Origin: a virus
Strand: one strand, 5' to 3'
DNA: 64,000 nt
IMG/VR virus record: IMGVR_UViG_3300045988_052707
Coordinates: 15,837-79,836 of that record
Shown here: positions 20,562 through 29,490 of the stretch, one piece after another
Position numbering within the stretch: position 1 is the first letter of the stretch
How the letters are laid out: the number at the start of each line of letters is the position of its first letter
Notes under the pieces: model-generated
What the model was told of the DNA's origin: nothing
The model's input: only the letters and a program-made list of their open reading frames with translations
The model's database searches: none
Position numbers and translations under genes: made by a program

Positions 20562-21053
20562 CTAAGATTTATAGGACTCAAGACATGCTCTTGGCCAGAT
20601 TTGATTAGAGGAGTCATAGAGTTTCCCTTCTCTGAGGTTCTGAAGGATTTTCCTTCGGTCAGTAGTTTCTCCTTGTAATGCATCGGCTTTAGACATTAGA
20701 TATACAAAGTTTAATCTCTCTTCCATGGTAGAACCATTACTTATTCTTTCAAACAAGGTTAGTTCTTGCCCATTTTTGTAGTTATAGTAAGATATCAACT
20801 CATTATATCTGGCAGTTTTACTATTCAACGAAGCTATAGTCATTGGATATCTTCTTAGCACTACTCCCCTATATAAATCAACAAGTTCACCCAATGAGTT
20901 GGCAATCTTTAATAACCTAACTACATTGGGTGAACCGTGTTTCTTGTACCTAATAGCATAATTCTCCAGAGCAGCATCCCAATCATGGAACACGTGTTGA
21001 GCTTGAGTTAAATCAATCTCAACTATTTTACGCAGGAACTCTTCTATAGTCAT
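20562..21053 (-). CDS. hypothetical protein
   Basis: 163-aa ORF. Confidence 0.5.
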   Translation of the reverse strand: MTIEEFLRKIVEIDLTQAQHVFHDWDAALENYAIRYKKHGSPNVVRLLKIANSLGELVDLYRGVVLRRYPMTIASLNSKTARYNELISYYNYKNGQELTLFERISNGSTMEERLNFVYLMSKADALQGETTDRRKILQNLREGKLYDSSNQIWPRACLESYKS

Positions 21054-21256
21054 ATTAATTAGATATTGTAGGTGATGTTAACTTGTCAATTAGATTCTTC
21101 ATTGCTTCTTCACCAGCAGCAAAACCTTCAGAATATCCAATATTATATGCCTTCTCTATAGATACAGCAACAGCTTCCATGACGCTATTGCCCTCATACT
21201 GTTTCTTTAATTCTTCTAATAGTTCTTTCATAAATCCTCCTTCCTTTAATTATTAG

Positions 21257-21342
21257 TAGCTTGAGTGGGATTCGAACCCACACGTCCATTTCTGGACACC
21301 AGAGCTTAAATCTGGGGCGTCTACCAATTTCGCCATCAAGCC
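21257..21342 (-). tRNA. tRNA-Leu (anticodon TAA), type II with long variable arm
   Basis: Acceptor GGCTTGA/TCAAGCT, anticodon arm CCAGA-TTTAAGC-TCTGG, variable arm TGTCCAGAAATGGACGT, T-arm GTGGG-TTCGAAT-CCCAC. Confidence 0.6.
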
Positions 21343-21357
21343 ATACCCTTATACTGA

Positions 21358-21531
21358 CATCATGACCTTGATTGTAACTACAATTATCATTCCTATAGTA
21401 CTTATAGCAGCTATACTTAAGAATATCTTAACCCATTTAAAGTCACAATCCCATATAGTTAGTAACATAGCTATTAATGCAGCCACAAATGCAATGACTA
21501 CAGTAATCATTAATGCTGTTTCCATATCAAT
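21358..21531 (-). CDS. small membrane protein (not in ORF track)
   Basis: METALMITVVIAFVAALIAMLLTIW... two TM-like segments. Confidence 0.35.
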
Positions 21532-21997
21532 CTCTTACTAAGTCTATCCAATTAATTAGGATATGATACAACCACCTCATAATACGTAATCGCAATAAGT
21601 GTCAACAAAATCCTTAGCTTCTTTTAAACCACATTTAGCAGATTCTTTTACATGCTTAACTGCTTGCAGTTTGGAACCAGTCTGTACAAACTGTTTCATC
21701 TTAAAGAAGTCTTCACATGACAAATCAATTGTATTATTCCAACGCTTCCTGTATGCAAGCATTGCATCACTATACTCTTGAGGATGTTCTGTCCAGGTAA
21801 TTTGTTAGTCTAATATAACTGTACAAGTTCCATCAAGTATATCATATTCTCTAGATTCTACGGTGAATTTACCAGCTTCTAACACTACTATATCAGTAGG
21901 AAATGGAATCATCTCTGATGAGATTGATACTTCCTCTATTGTCTTATCATCTTTTACAAATTTTACAAACATAATCTTTAAGTATTAATTAATAACG

Positions 21998-22071
21998 TAG
22001 CGAGAAGGTGACTCGAACACCCAACCTTGCGATTATGAGTCGCACGCTCTAGCCAGTTGAGCTATCTCGCC
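21998..22071 (-). tRNA. tRNA-Met (anticodon CAT), copy 1 of 3 CAT tRNAs
   Basis: Acceptor GGCGAGA/TCTCGCT, D-arm GCTC-AACTGGCTA-GAGC, anticodon arm TGCGA-CTCATAA-TCGCA, T-loop TTCGAGT. Confidence 0.6.
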
Positions 22072-22325
22072 ATTAATAAGAACATAAAGCTCATCGTGTC
22101 TACATCGTTACCAATGCAACCTTAATACCTCCCGTTTGCTTCACTGCCGGCTAGTCTGGCTTTGTCTCCTTATGTTCTTATATATGAATAATCCGCCTGG
22201 CAGGGCTGCGAGCTGCCTTACCAATTATTGACGTCAGCTAATCTATGGAATAGCACGTCTGCTAAACTGAAATAGCCCTATAGTCATTTCTACACCTGCT
22301 CACATTTAAGTGGTGGATTACATGT

Positions 22326-23177
22326 TTATCGGTATTTATCGAACATGCTGTCTGATGCTTCTTCTCCCCACATAGACACGATAACAATACCTACTTTGGT
22401 AGCCCTAAATACTATTGGGTCTTCTAACCTTCTTTTACGGTCTTCTTCAGCTTTAGAGAAGATTTCTATGCGAATATTATTCTCCATAGTATCATAAGGC
22501 GCTGCAATTAGCCAAGTGTTATGGTCTAAATATGAGGTGCCAAGATGTAGGTAATCTTCCTCCTTATAACTTCCACCTATAGACCTCATGTACTGATAAC
22601 CACGGTCAATACCTTTGAATACAAATGGGAATCTAGAGAAATACTCAACAAGCCGTTTGGTCATGTCCTTAGACATTCTTGAATCTATTCTCGCAGCTTC
22701 AACCCAACTGACGTAGTTAAGATTTAAAGAGTTCAAAGCGTTAGAAGCCTTTGCTATTTGTGACACATTCTCACTTGGAATGAATCCGCTGAAGGTCGAT
22801 ATTGGACCACAATACAAATTGTACTTCTTCAGAATTGCAAAGAAATCCTCGTAAGTTACAACCAGTGCATCAGGATACGATTCTTTAATCCAGGATGTTA
22901 TTTCGTTAACCTTCTTCAGGTCTAATTTCTCTGGACCTAAAGCTGACTTATACTTCTTAGACTCGAGAATAGTCCTAAGGGTATCTGCATTCTTAGTTCC
23001 ACCCAGACCTGCTGCTTCCAACTTATCAAGCTCCTCTTTGATTTGCTCGGAATTGTCAAAGTCTTGATTGCCTTCTACGTACTTCTTATAGTACTCCATA
23101 GATGCTGTTACTAAGGCTAAACGTAACGCATCTGCACTCAATTTCTCCATACTATGATAAATGTTCTTTAATATCAA
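22326..23177 (-). CDS. member C of the three-gene paralog family
   Basis: C-terminus EDPIVFRATKVGIVIVSMWGEEASDSMFDKYR; LEAAGLGGTKNADTL and FSGFIPSENVSQI align to paralogs A/B. Confidence 0.6.
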   Translation of the reverse strand: MILKNIYHSMEKLSADALRLALVTASMEYYKKYVEGNQDFDNSEQIKEELDKLEAAGLGGTKNADTLRTILESKKYKSALGPEKLDLKKVNEITSWIKESYPDALVVTYEDFFAILKKYNLYCGPISTFSGFIPSENVSQIAKASNALNSLNLNYVSWVEAARIDSRMSKDMTKRLVEYFSRFPFVFKGIDRGYQYMRSIGGSYKEEDYLHLGTSYLDHNTWLIAAPYDTMENNIRIEIFSKAEEDRKRRLEDPIVFRATKVGIVIVSMWGEEASDSMFDKYR

Positions 23178-23610
23178 TCATGTATTTTATACCTTCAATT
23201 ATCACACATGCTAGCCCGCCAACGAGCATAATGAAGTATAATGCAACAATTAGTGGTTCCCAACCAGTCCCATAATCACTTCTATTAAGATTAAAGCTAA
23301 GCCTATTAGGCTTGTTATTAATAAGAGCTCTATCATAGGTTGGTTTGTCTACACGTAGTTTAAACTGATTGTCTCTACCGTCAGCTATTAGTGTAAGCTC
23401 ATATACAGTATGCGTCTGTTGATTAACTGTTTCGGTATAACAGTCCTTAGCAACTACTGTAGTCCACACAGGTTTGTCAATACAGGTTTCTTTAACTAGG
23501 TTAGATTTACATCCTCCTAGTCCTACTAAGCACACCACCAGCCATATTACTATCAAAGTTGCATGTCTGAAAGTGTTAGTTGACGGTCTCATATCAACAA
23601 TTGTTGGCAT
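23152..23610 (-). CDS. putative lipoprotein with C-terminal TM segment
   Basis: Lipobox-like LVGLGGC after hydrophobic leader; C-terminal hydrophobic helix. Confidence 0.45.
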   Translation of the reverse strand: MPTIVDMRPSTNTFRHATLIVIWLVVCLVGLGGCKSNLVKETCIDKPVWTTVVAKDCYTETVNQQTHTVYELTLIADGRDNQFKLRVDKPTYDRALINNKPNRLSFNLNRSDYGTGWEPLIVALYFIMLVGGLACVIIEGIKYMIDIKEHLS

Positions 23611-23789
23611 CCTCTGTCAGTAATTTAGTTGCTTTATCCATTCCTAACTCGTAAGCTTCAGCAATTAATACTGCTACGCTTGCTATTGAAAGCTTACCAC
23701 CGTTGTCCTCTGCTACGTTAGCTGCATTTTCAAGCAGCTCACTTAAAGTTTCTACCATAATTAAATACATTTAATAGTTAATAATCTAG

Positions 23790-23871
23790 TAGGGTAGGTG
23801 AGACTCGAACTCACACGCCCGAAGACACTTGGGCCTAAACCAAGCCTGTCTGCCAATTCCAGCACTACCCC
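23790..23871 (-). tRNA. tRNA-Leu (anticodon TAG), type II
   Basis: Acceptor GGGGTAG/CTACCCT, anticodon arm CTTGG-TTTAGGC-CCAAG, long variable arm, T-arm GTGAG-TTCGAGT-CTCAC. Confidence 0.6.
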
Positions 23872-23875
23872 ATTG

Positions 23876-24094
23876 TTACTTCATCAAATTGATAAATTCA
23901 TCTTCATGTCCCTTATAGTATCGCTGGAGATATGCAATATACACAGCTTCGTCCTTAACTATTTGAGGGAATTTAGATTCAAATTGTTCTACTTTCTCTT
24001 CTCCTACTATACTTACATGAAAGTCTCTAGGTGTAGTATCCACCTTAGTTGCAGACATTAATAAGACTAATAGGAATATCAATAAATGTCTCAT
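23876..24094 (-). CDS. small secreted protein (signal peptide)
   Basis: MRHLLIFLLVLLMSATKV leader. Confidence 0.4.
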   Translation of the reverse strand: MRHLLIFLLVLLMSATKVDTTPRDFHVSIVGEEKVEQFESKFPQIVKDEAVYIAYLQRYYKGHEDEFINLMK

Positions 24095-24141
24095 TTAGTT
24101 GTTAATAAAAGGAGAGCGAGATTACTCCCGCCCTCCAAGGT

Positions 24142-25599
24142 TTATTTGTTGTCCTTCTTCTCCGTAGAATAGTCCTTACGGTCGAGTTCCCACTGATACT
24201 CACACATCTGAGTGATTGCTTCAAGCTTCTCTGTACCCAGAACGAGTTTGAGAGCATTTACCAATCTTTCAGCCGGAGTTTCCACAACAGCTTTCTTGGA
24301 TGCGAGTCCAAGTTGACGTTGATAAGATTCAACGCTAGCTTTGATATGGAACGATGTTACATGGGTTTCTTCTGTAAAGATGAGTTTGGATTTGGTTGAT
24401 TCAACGATTTCAGCCATAAATGCCGGAGCAATTTCAGCTTCTTGAATGTAGTTACATACTTCACTCAAATCATCGTCGATTGTATATCCTTCTTCAGCGG
24501 TGAAGGTAGAACGGATGAATTTCTCCGCAGTTTCAGCGTCCAGGCAGTCCATAGTAATCACAGAACCAATTCTCTTACCTCTCAAGAAGGTAGGTTCAAT
24601 CAATTCAATGTGATTAGTAGTGAACAAGGTGATTACGTTCATATCTTTGGTATCACCACCGTCCAGAGTATTCAGGATGTCTTGCATTGCAGCATCTCTG
24701 TTACCTCTAGTTACTTGGTCAATATCTTCAACAAATACGACAACACCATGACCCGAACGGTCAACAACTTTACACATGCGCAGAGTTTCTGCAAGAAGAG
24801 AAGGATTCTTCAAATACACGAATGACCAGCCGTTCGTTACAGCATCTTTAGCCAGCTTAAATGCCAGCAAGGTCTTACCTGTACCATATTTACCTTCCAG
24901 CAAACAACCGTACTTCAATGGAATACCTTTAGCCAGACATTTCTCTGGATACAAGATTCTTGAACGTAGCGGTTGCAATTCAAATTCAGTCTTCTTAGAA
25001 AGAACCATGAATTGTTTCTCAATGCCGGCAAGCGTCATGATAGTAGGTTCAGACAGATTGCTGATTTCCAGTGCTTGATTCTTGTAGATAGATTCTGATG
25101 CCAACAGCTCTTTAGTTCTGTCAACAATATCATCAATCAATGACTGATATTTGAACTGGCATTGTCCTTTAATAAGGAGTAAATGACGGTCATTGTCATA
25201 GTTGATGTTGATTTCAGAATCTTCTCCCAATTCTTCAAGGCTGATTTTACCAAACGGAACCTTGGTACGAGAACCGTCTGCCAGAACAACGTCTACGGTA
25301 TCAATATTGCTGTTTCCAGAAGGACTGTTATCCTCCTTACTAACGGCAGAACCGAAGATTTCATTGATTGCTCTGTTCAACTGATATACACCGTCCGGTT
25401 TCCAACAAAGCAGCGAGTATTTGAAACTTGCCATTTTCTTGGACTGTTTGATTTCACCTTCGATGAATCCCAGAGCATCAGCATACTTCACATTGCTTTG
25501 GAGCACTTCAATCATTCTCTGTTTCTGAGTTTCCTCGTACTTGTTAACTCTCTGCTTAATAGCAGCTGTAGTTCCTTGCGGAATAATGTTCTTTGCCAT
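24142..25599 (-). CDS. AAA+ family ATPase (classic AAA, CDC48/FtsH-like P-loop)
   Basis: Walker A GKYGTGKTLLAFKLAK, Walker B VVVFVEDID, followed by sensor region; 250-aa unique N-domain. Confidence 0.7.
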   Translation of the reverse strand: MAKNIIPQGTTAAIKQRVNKYEETQKQRMIEVLQSNVKYADALGFIEGEIKQSKKMASFKYSLLCWKPDGVYQLNRAINEIFGSAVSKEDNSPSGNSNIDTVDVVLADGSRTKVPFGKISLEELGEDSEININYDNDRHLLLIKGQCQFKYQSLIDDIVDRTKELLASESIYKNQALEISNLSEPTIMTLAGIEKQFMVLSKKTEFELQPLRSRILYPEKCLAKGIPLKYGCLLEGKYGTGKTLLAFKLAKDAVTNGWSFVYLKNPSLLAETLRMCKVVDRSGHGVVVFVEDIDQVTRGNRDAAMQDILNTLDGGDTKDMNVITLFTTNHIELIEPTFLRGKRIGSVITMDCLDAETAEKFIRSTFTAEEGYTIDDDLSEVCNYIQEAEIAPAFMAEIVESTKSKLIFTEETHVTSFHIKASVESYQRQLGLASKKAVVETPAERLVNALKLVLGTEKLEAITQMCEYQWELDRKDYSTEKKDNK

Positions 25600-25602
25600 T
25601 AC

Positions 25603-25875
25603 TTAATTAGGTTTATTAATCTTATTTACTTCTTTAATGATTGCCTCACAATTCTCTCTTGTTGTAGTTAAACAACCAAGTTGAATAATAGAACCGTCTT
25701 GAGTGATAGTCAGGTTCTTCTCTTCGATTGTTTCCCTACATAGACCTCCTCTGATAATTCTTTTAATGAGTGGAAAGGGTAATATAGTATTCTTACAGAA
25801 TATCATATTCTTGCCTTCCACATAAATGACATCGTAGCCGTCAATGCTACCTACTACCTTACTCATTCGATTCAA
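25603..25875 (-). CDS. hypothetical protein
   Basis: 90-aa ORF. Confidence 0.4.
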   Translation of the reverse strand: MNRMSKVVGSIDGYDVIYVEGKNMIFCKNTILPFPLIKRIIRGGLCRETIEEKNLTITQDGSIIQLGCLTTTRENCEAIIKEVNKINKPN

Positions 25876-25887
25876 CTATTAACTGTG

Positions 25888-25961
25888 TGGGCCCGGCCGG
25901 ACTTGAACCGACAACCTCCTGATTATGAGTCAGTTTCTCTAACCGATTGAGATACGGGCCC
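25888..25961 (-). tRNA. tRNA-Met/fMet/Ile2 (anticodon CAT), copy 2
   Basis: Acceptor GGGCCCG/CGGGCCC, anticodon loop CTCATAA, T-arm GTCGG-TTCAAGT-CCGGC. Confidence 0.55.
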
Positions 25962-26056
25962 CGAACGCCCATGTTTACTCACAATTAACAGTTCTCAAAG
26001 AGTAGTGTTGTTAGTGACTTCATGATAAATTCTATTTTAACTGAAATAATTAGTAG

Positions 26057-26128
26057 TTGGGCTACCAGGATTCGAACCTGGGCTACAAGAGCCAAAACCT
26101 TGTGTGACTACCACTACACCATAGCCCA
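26057..26128 (-). tRNA. tRNA-Gln (anticodon TTG)
   Basis: Acceptor TGGGCTA/TAGCCCA, anticodon arm CAAGG-TTTTGGC-TCTTG, T-arm CCAGG-TTCGAAT-CCTGG. Confidence 0.55.
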
Positions 26129-26149
26129 GTAAAAGGAGTCCGAAGACTC

Positions 26150-27217
26150 CTAAACTAACTTATCGAATATCATGGGCTGTATCGACATCCATAGATTCGC
26201 TAGCATTTCTTGCTCTGCGTCAGATGCCTCATCCCAATGTGATACGTACAATTTCTCCGTTCGTTCATTCCTATAAGGAACTTTAAATGAACGGTTAATG
26301 CGTACACTGTGTGCGAATAGGTCTTTGTCGAAATCAATAGCCCTAAGCGTCTTCTGGAAATCGTTGAACTTATTATTAGGGTCATCGACATCCCTAACAG
26401 ACATTCCAGAAGGAAATGGGCCATTACCATGCCTTGTTATATAAGGACGAGTTACATAACAAGTTTGGATTTCTTTACGTATACCTGCTTTCCGCAACAG
26501 CTCGTAAGCGTTTTGTGAAGTTGTATTAGACGGAGTACAATAAGGCATTATGCCGAATCTTTGGTCAAGCAATATTCCCTGTGAACCTTCAAACACTAGG
26601 TTATCATAATTCAACAAGCAATCTTCATTAACCGTACCTGTATGTAAGAAATAAGCATGTGCTAACCTACACCAGTTGTCTAGGTCTATCGAAGGATATT
26701 TACTAGACATGTTGTAATAGTTATCCACTATGGCATTTAGTTTCTCACGCAGTATGTAAGGATTCATACAATCTACAACTGTTAAGCTGTATCCTGCCTT
26801 AACTCGGTCCAAACAAGCTTTAAACCCTGTACCTACAGTACCATGTCGTAAGTTCTCTTCGTTATTAACTTGGGAATAGACATCGAAGGGAATTACAACT
26901 TGGCAGTGAGGGTGATACTGAACAATGGGACGAACTCCCATTTTAGCTAAGTCTGCACCCTCTAACATAGAGGTAATTGGGTCTACAGTACAGTATTCGG
27001 ACCAATACGTCGGCACTCCAAGTAAGGTTCCGCTGCCAAAGTTACTAAAGGTGTGCATCATGTCTCCATGCTTTACAGTATGTCCTACTTGATGTCCACC
27101 ACTAAACCTGACTACTAACACAGACTCTCGCTTACCTATGTACTTGTTACATAAGTTGTGAACTGTCTGTCCCTTACCTTCGTCTCCAAAGAATGTTCCT
27201 AATACAATACTAATCAT
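26150..27217 (-). CDS. adenylosuccinate synthetase (PurA) family enzyme, short form; candidate PurZ-like (2-aminoadenine/Z-base pathway) enzyme
   Basis: N-terminal P-loop IVLGTFFGDEGKGQ (PurA GDEGKGK), VVRFSGGHQVGHT (PurA RYQGGHNAGHT), GTVGTGF, FEGSQGILLD...PSNTTS, TRHGNGPFP; only 355 aa and lacks the C-terminal guanine-specificity region of canonical PurA (about 430 aa). Confidence 0.6.
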   Translation of the reverse strand: MISIVLGTFFGDEGKGQTVHNLCNKYIGKRESVLVVRFSGGHQVGHTVKHGDMMHTFSNFGSGTLLGVPTYWSEYCTVDPITSMLEGADLAKMGVRPIVQYHPHCQVVIPFDVYSQVNNEENLRHGTVGTGFKACLDRVKAGYSLTVVDCMNPYILREKLNAIVDNYYNMSSKYPSIDLDNWCRLAHAYFLHTGTVNEDCLLNYDNLVFEGSQGILLDQRFGIMPYCTPSNTTSQNAYELLRKAGIRKEIQTCYVTRPYITRHGNGPFPSGMSVRDVDDPNNKFNDFQKTLRAIDFDKDLFAHSVRINRSFKVPYRNERTEKLYVSHWDEASDAEQEMLANLWMSIQPMIFDKLV

Positions 27218-27223
27218 TTCAGT

Positions 27224-28156
27224 TTAATAAAATTTGTCATTACTATCAGACGGCACATCTTGCCATTCCTGACTAACAGAAGCACTAGGAGCTAAGCCTT
27301 CAGTAGGCTCCTCATAGTTCTCTTTAATTGCGGTGACAATCACCTTGTCTACTTCTCCAGATGCACATGTCAATACATTCTGTCCAAGTAAAGTCTTCCA
27401 AGATTCAGCAACCCTTGAGCCATGACTGGCATTAGTAATGTGAATGTGGAATACATGGTACTGTTCCTTTGCTTTGTCAAGAGCTTCTTGACAAGTAATG
27501 GTTTTAGCACCTTTTTGATACCCTAGAACACGTTCTAAGTAACATCCCTCTACCTTATCGAGATTTGGTTCATCTCCAATAGTAAATAAGAATCCCTTAG
27601 TGTGTCTTTCAAACCAGGAATCAGTTTCAGTATGATAACCCGCTACGATGTGAGATAGTAGATAGCTTTCGCCTCTATTACCTCCTCCTCCACCTTCAAT
27701 CACGAACGATTGTAAAGTGTCAAGAATTTTAGCTGTATCAGACTCAAACTGCCCAATTTGAATTGGATATCGGTCATAAACGTGGTCCCCAACTGCCATA
27801 AACATGATTTGTGGGTCACGCACACCTAGTTGAATGAGAGAGTCCATAATCTTAGGGAATTGGTCTCTAATCATTTCATAAGGTGTGTCCATCATTGAAC
27901 CAGTAACGTCTAGAGCAATGATTATCGGAGTAGAGAAAGGATGTTCTTTAGAATCACGAGATTCACGAACACCCACGTTAACCATTTCTTGCCTTATCTG
28001 CGTGTTATACTGCCTAACATTGTTGTTAAGCGATGCAGCAGTATTACATGCATTAATGGCATGGCTACTAAAGAGTTCATCCCTAGTGGAGGTATATAAA
28101 CCCCTACTGCTGGCCTCTACATCATAAGCAATTCTAGAATAACTACCTGCTCCCAT
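27224..28156 (-). CDS. von Willebrand factor A (vWA) domain protein
   Basis: MIDAS motif IIIALDVTGSM, downstream T and D residues, Gly-rich GGGGGNRGESY loop. Confidence 0.65.
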   Translation of the reverse strand: MGAGSYSRIAYDVEASSRGLYTSTRDELFSSHAINACNTAASLNNNVRQYNTQIRQEMVNVGVRESRDSKEHPFSTPIIIALDVTGSMMDTPYEMIRDQFPKIMDSLIQLGVRDPQIMFMAVGDHVYDRYPIQIGQFESDTAKILDTLQSFVIEGGGGGNRGESYLLSHIVAGYHTETDSWFERHTKGFLFTIGDEPNLDKVEGCYLERVLGYQKGAKTITCQEALDKAKEQYHVFHIHITNASHGSRVAESWKTLLGQNVLTCASGEVDKVIVTAIKENYEEPTEGLAPSASVSQEWQDVPSDSNDKFY

Positions 28157-28159
28157 AAA

Positions 28160-28540
28160 TTACTCATTTACAATTGCAGCAGCGTCATCTTTCACGTCAT
28201 CCAAATTAATGGATTCTGATGCATCAGCGGGAAATTCTTCTGCATCGACTTGCATAGCTAGAGCAAGTTCAATCTTTGCAACACGCAGTTTACGTGCCAA
28301 TTCATGTCTCGTTCTTACCCATTCAGCCGGATTCAGTCCTTCTCCCGGATTCAAAGAGTCTCTTGATTTAACAGCCAGGTCGTTGTGTTTGTTGATTTCT
28401 CCCTGAATGCGAAGTACTTTCAACTTACAATCCTGAACGAATCTGTCTTCCTCGATTTTAGCCAATTCATACAGATTCTGCGCTCTTGCATCAAGTACAC
28501 TTTGTCCACTCTTACTTAATTTCTCTTTAAAACTGCTCAT
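28160..28540 (-). CDS. coiled-coil protein
   Basis: 126-aa ORF with heptad-like K/E/L pattern. Confidence 0.45.
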   Translation of the reverse strand: MSSFKEKLSKSGQSVLDARAQNLYELAKIEEDRFVQDCKLKVLRIQGEINKHNDLAVKSRDSLNPGEGLNPAEWVRTRHELARKLRVAKIELALAMQVDAEEFPADASESINLDDVKDDAAAIVNE

Positions 28541-28627
28541 TTACACTTACATTTAACATGTTAAATTCAATAAGCATCTCTGTGTGGTAATTTATAATCT
28601 AACTGTAATCATCTAGGATTACAATCG

Positions 28628-28700
28628 AGCCACCTTAGGGACTCGAACCCTAAACAGCCGCATTACAAGTGCGGTACTCTACCAATTGAGTTAAGGTGGC
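28628..28700 (-). tRNA. tRNA-Thr (anticodon TGT)
   Basis: Acceptor GCCACCT/AGGTGGC, anticodon arm CCGCA-CTTGTAA-TGCGG, T-loop TTCGAGT. Confidence 0.6.
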
Positions 28701-28758
28701 ATAAACAGGAGACGATGTTACCAAGTGTGCTGACATCTCCTTCGTAAATCAAAGAAAG

Positions 28759-28830
28759 CGGTGCATACGGGATTCAAACCCGTGGTCTCCTCATAGACAG
28801 TGAGGCATCCTATCACTGAACGAATGCACC
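28759..28830 (-). tRNA. tRNA-Asp (anticodon GTC)
   Basis: Acceptor GGTGCAT/ATGCACC, anticodon arm CCTCA-CTGTCTA-TGAGG, T-arm ACGGG-TTTGAAT-CCCGT. Confidence 0.5.
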
Positions 28831-29135
28831 ATGAAGCTTGCTTAACCTACCCTCTAAACCTATGCTTGGACTTGCAATCAGTTATTCAGGTATTGTCCCT
28901 TCCCGCTAGCTGAGTCATTCTCTTACTGTAACCGTGTGTCCAACTCACAATTACTATTCAGATGTGCCAAATGGGACATGGCAATTCATAGAAAGTGGGT
29001 GCTAGCCGTTTCTATCCCACCATTGCGTACTACAGTGCTAGCTACCGTCTAAGCTCCTATCCCTTACGTCGCCTTAGAGTGTACATGATTATTATTGCCT
29101 AACCAGTTACCTGATTGGAAGGATTATGTACGAGG

Positions 29136-29207
29136 TACTGCCAACGGGATTCGAACCCGTATTTTCAGTGTGAGAGACTGATTACCTAACCCTTAGTAGA
29201 TGGCAGT
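29136..29207 (-). tRNA. tRNA-Glu (anticodon CTC), tentative
   Basis: Acceptor ACTGCCA/TGGCAGT, anticodon arm TCAGT-CTCTCAC-ACTGA, T-arm ACGGG-TTCGAAT-CCCGT; D-arm weak. Confidence 0.45.
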
Positions 29208-29490
29208 GTGTTAAATAGTCGTGAGTAGTTAATTGCAACTATGACAAAATTAAGATTAAAGTCAAAGACCAGCCTATTGCTATCTAGGGCAAAGTCAAAG
29301 GAATTTTGTAACTTCGCAATAGACTGACAGGGTTTGAATTAATAATACTTAATTATGCTGGAAATCGTCCCTGTATGAAATACAGAACACGATTAATTTG
29401 TCGACAATGCATCGACTAGAGTCTTTGATGCAATTCATACTACTCACGCAAAGCTATGTTAGAATCCAATGAGATTCAAGACTATAGCAC

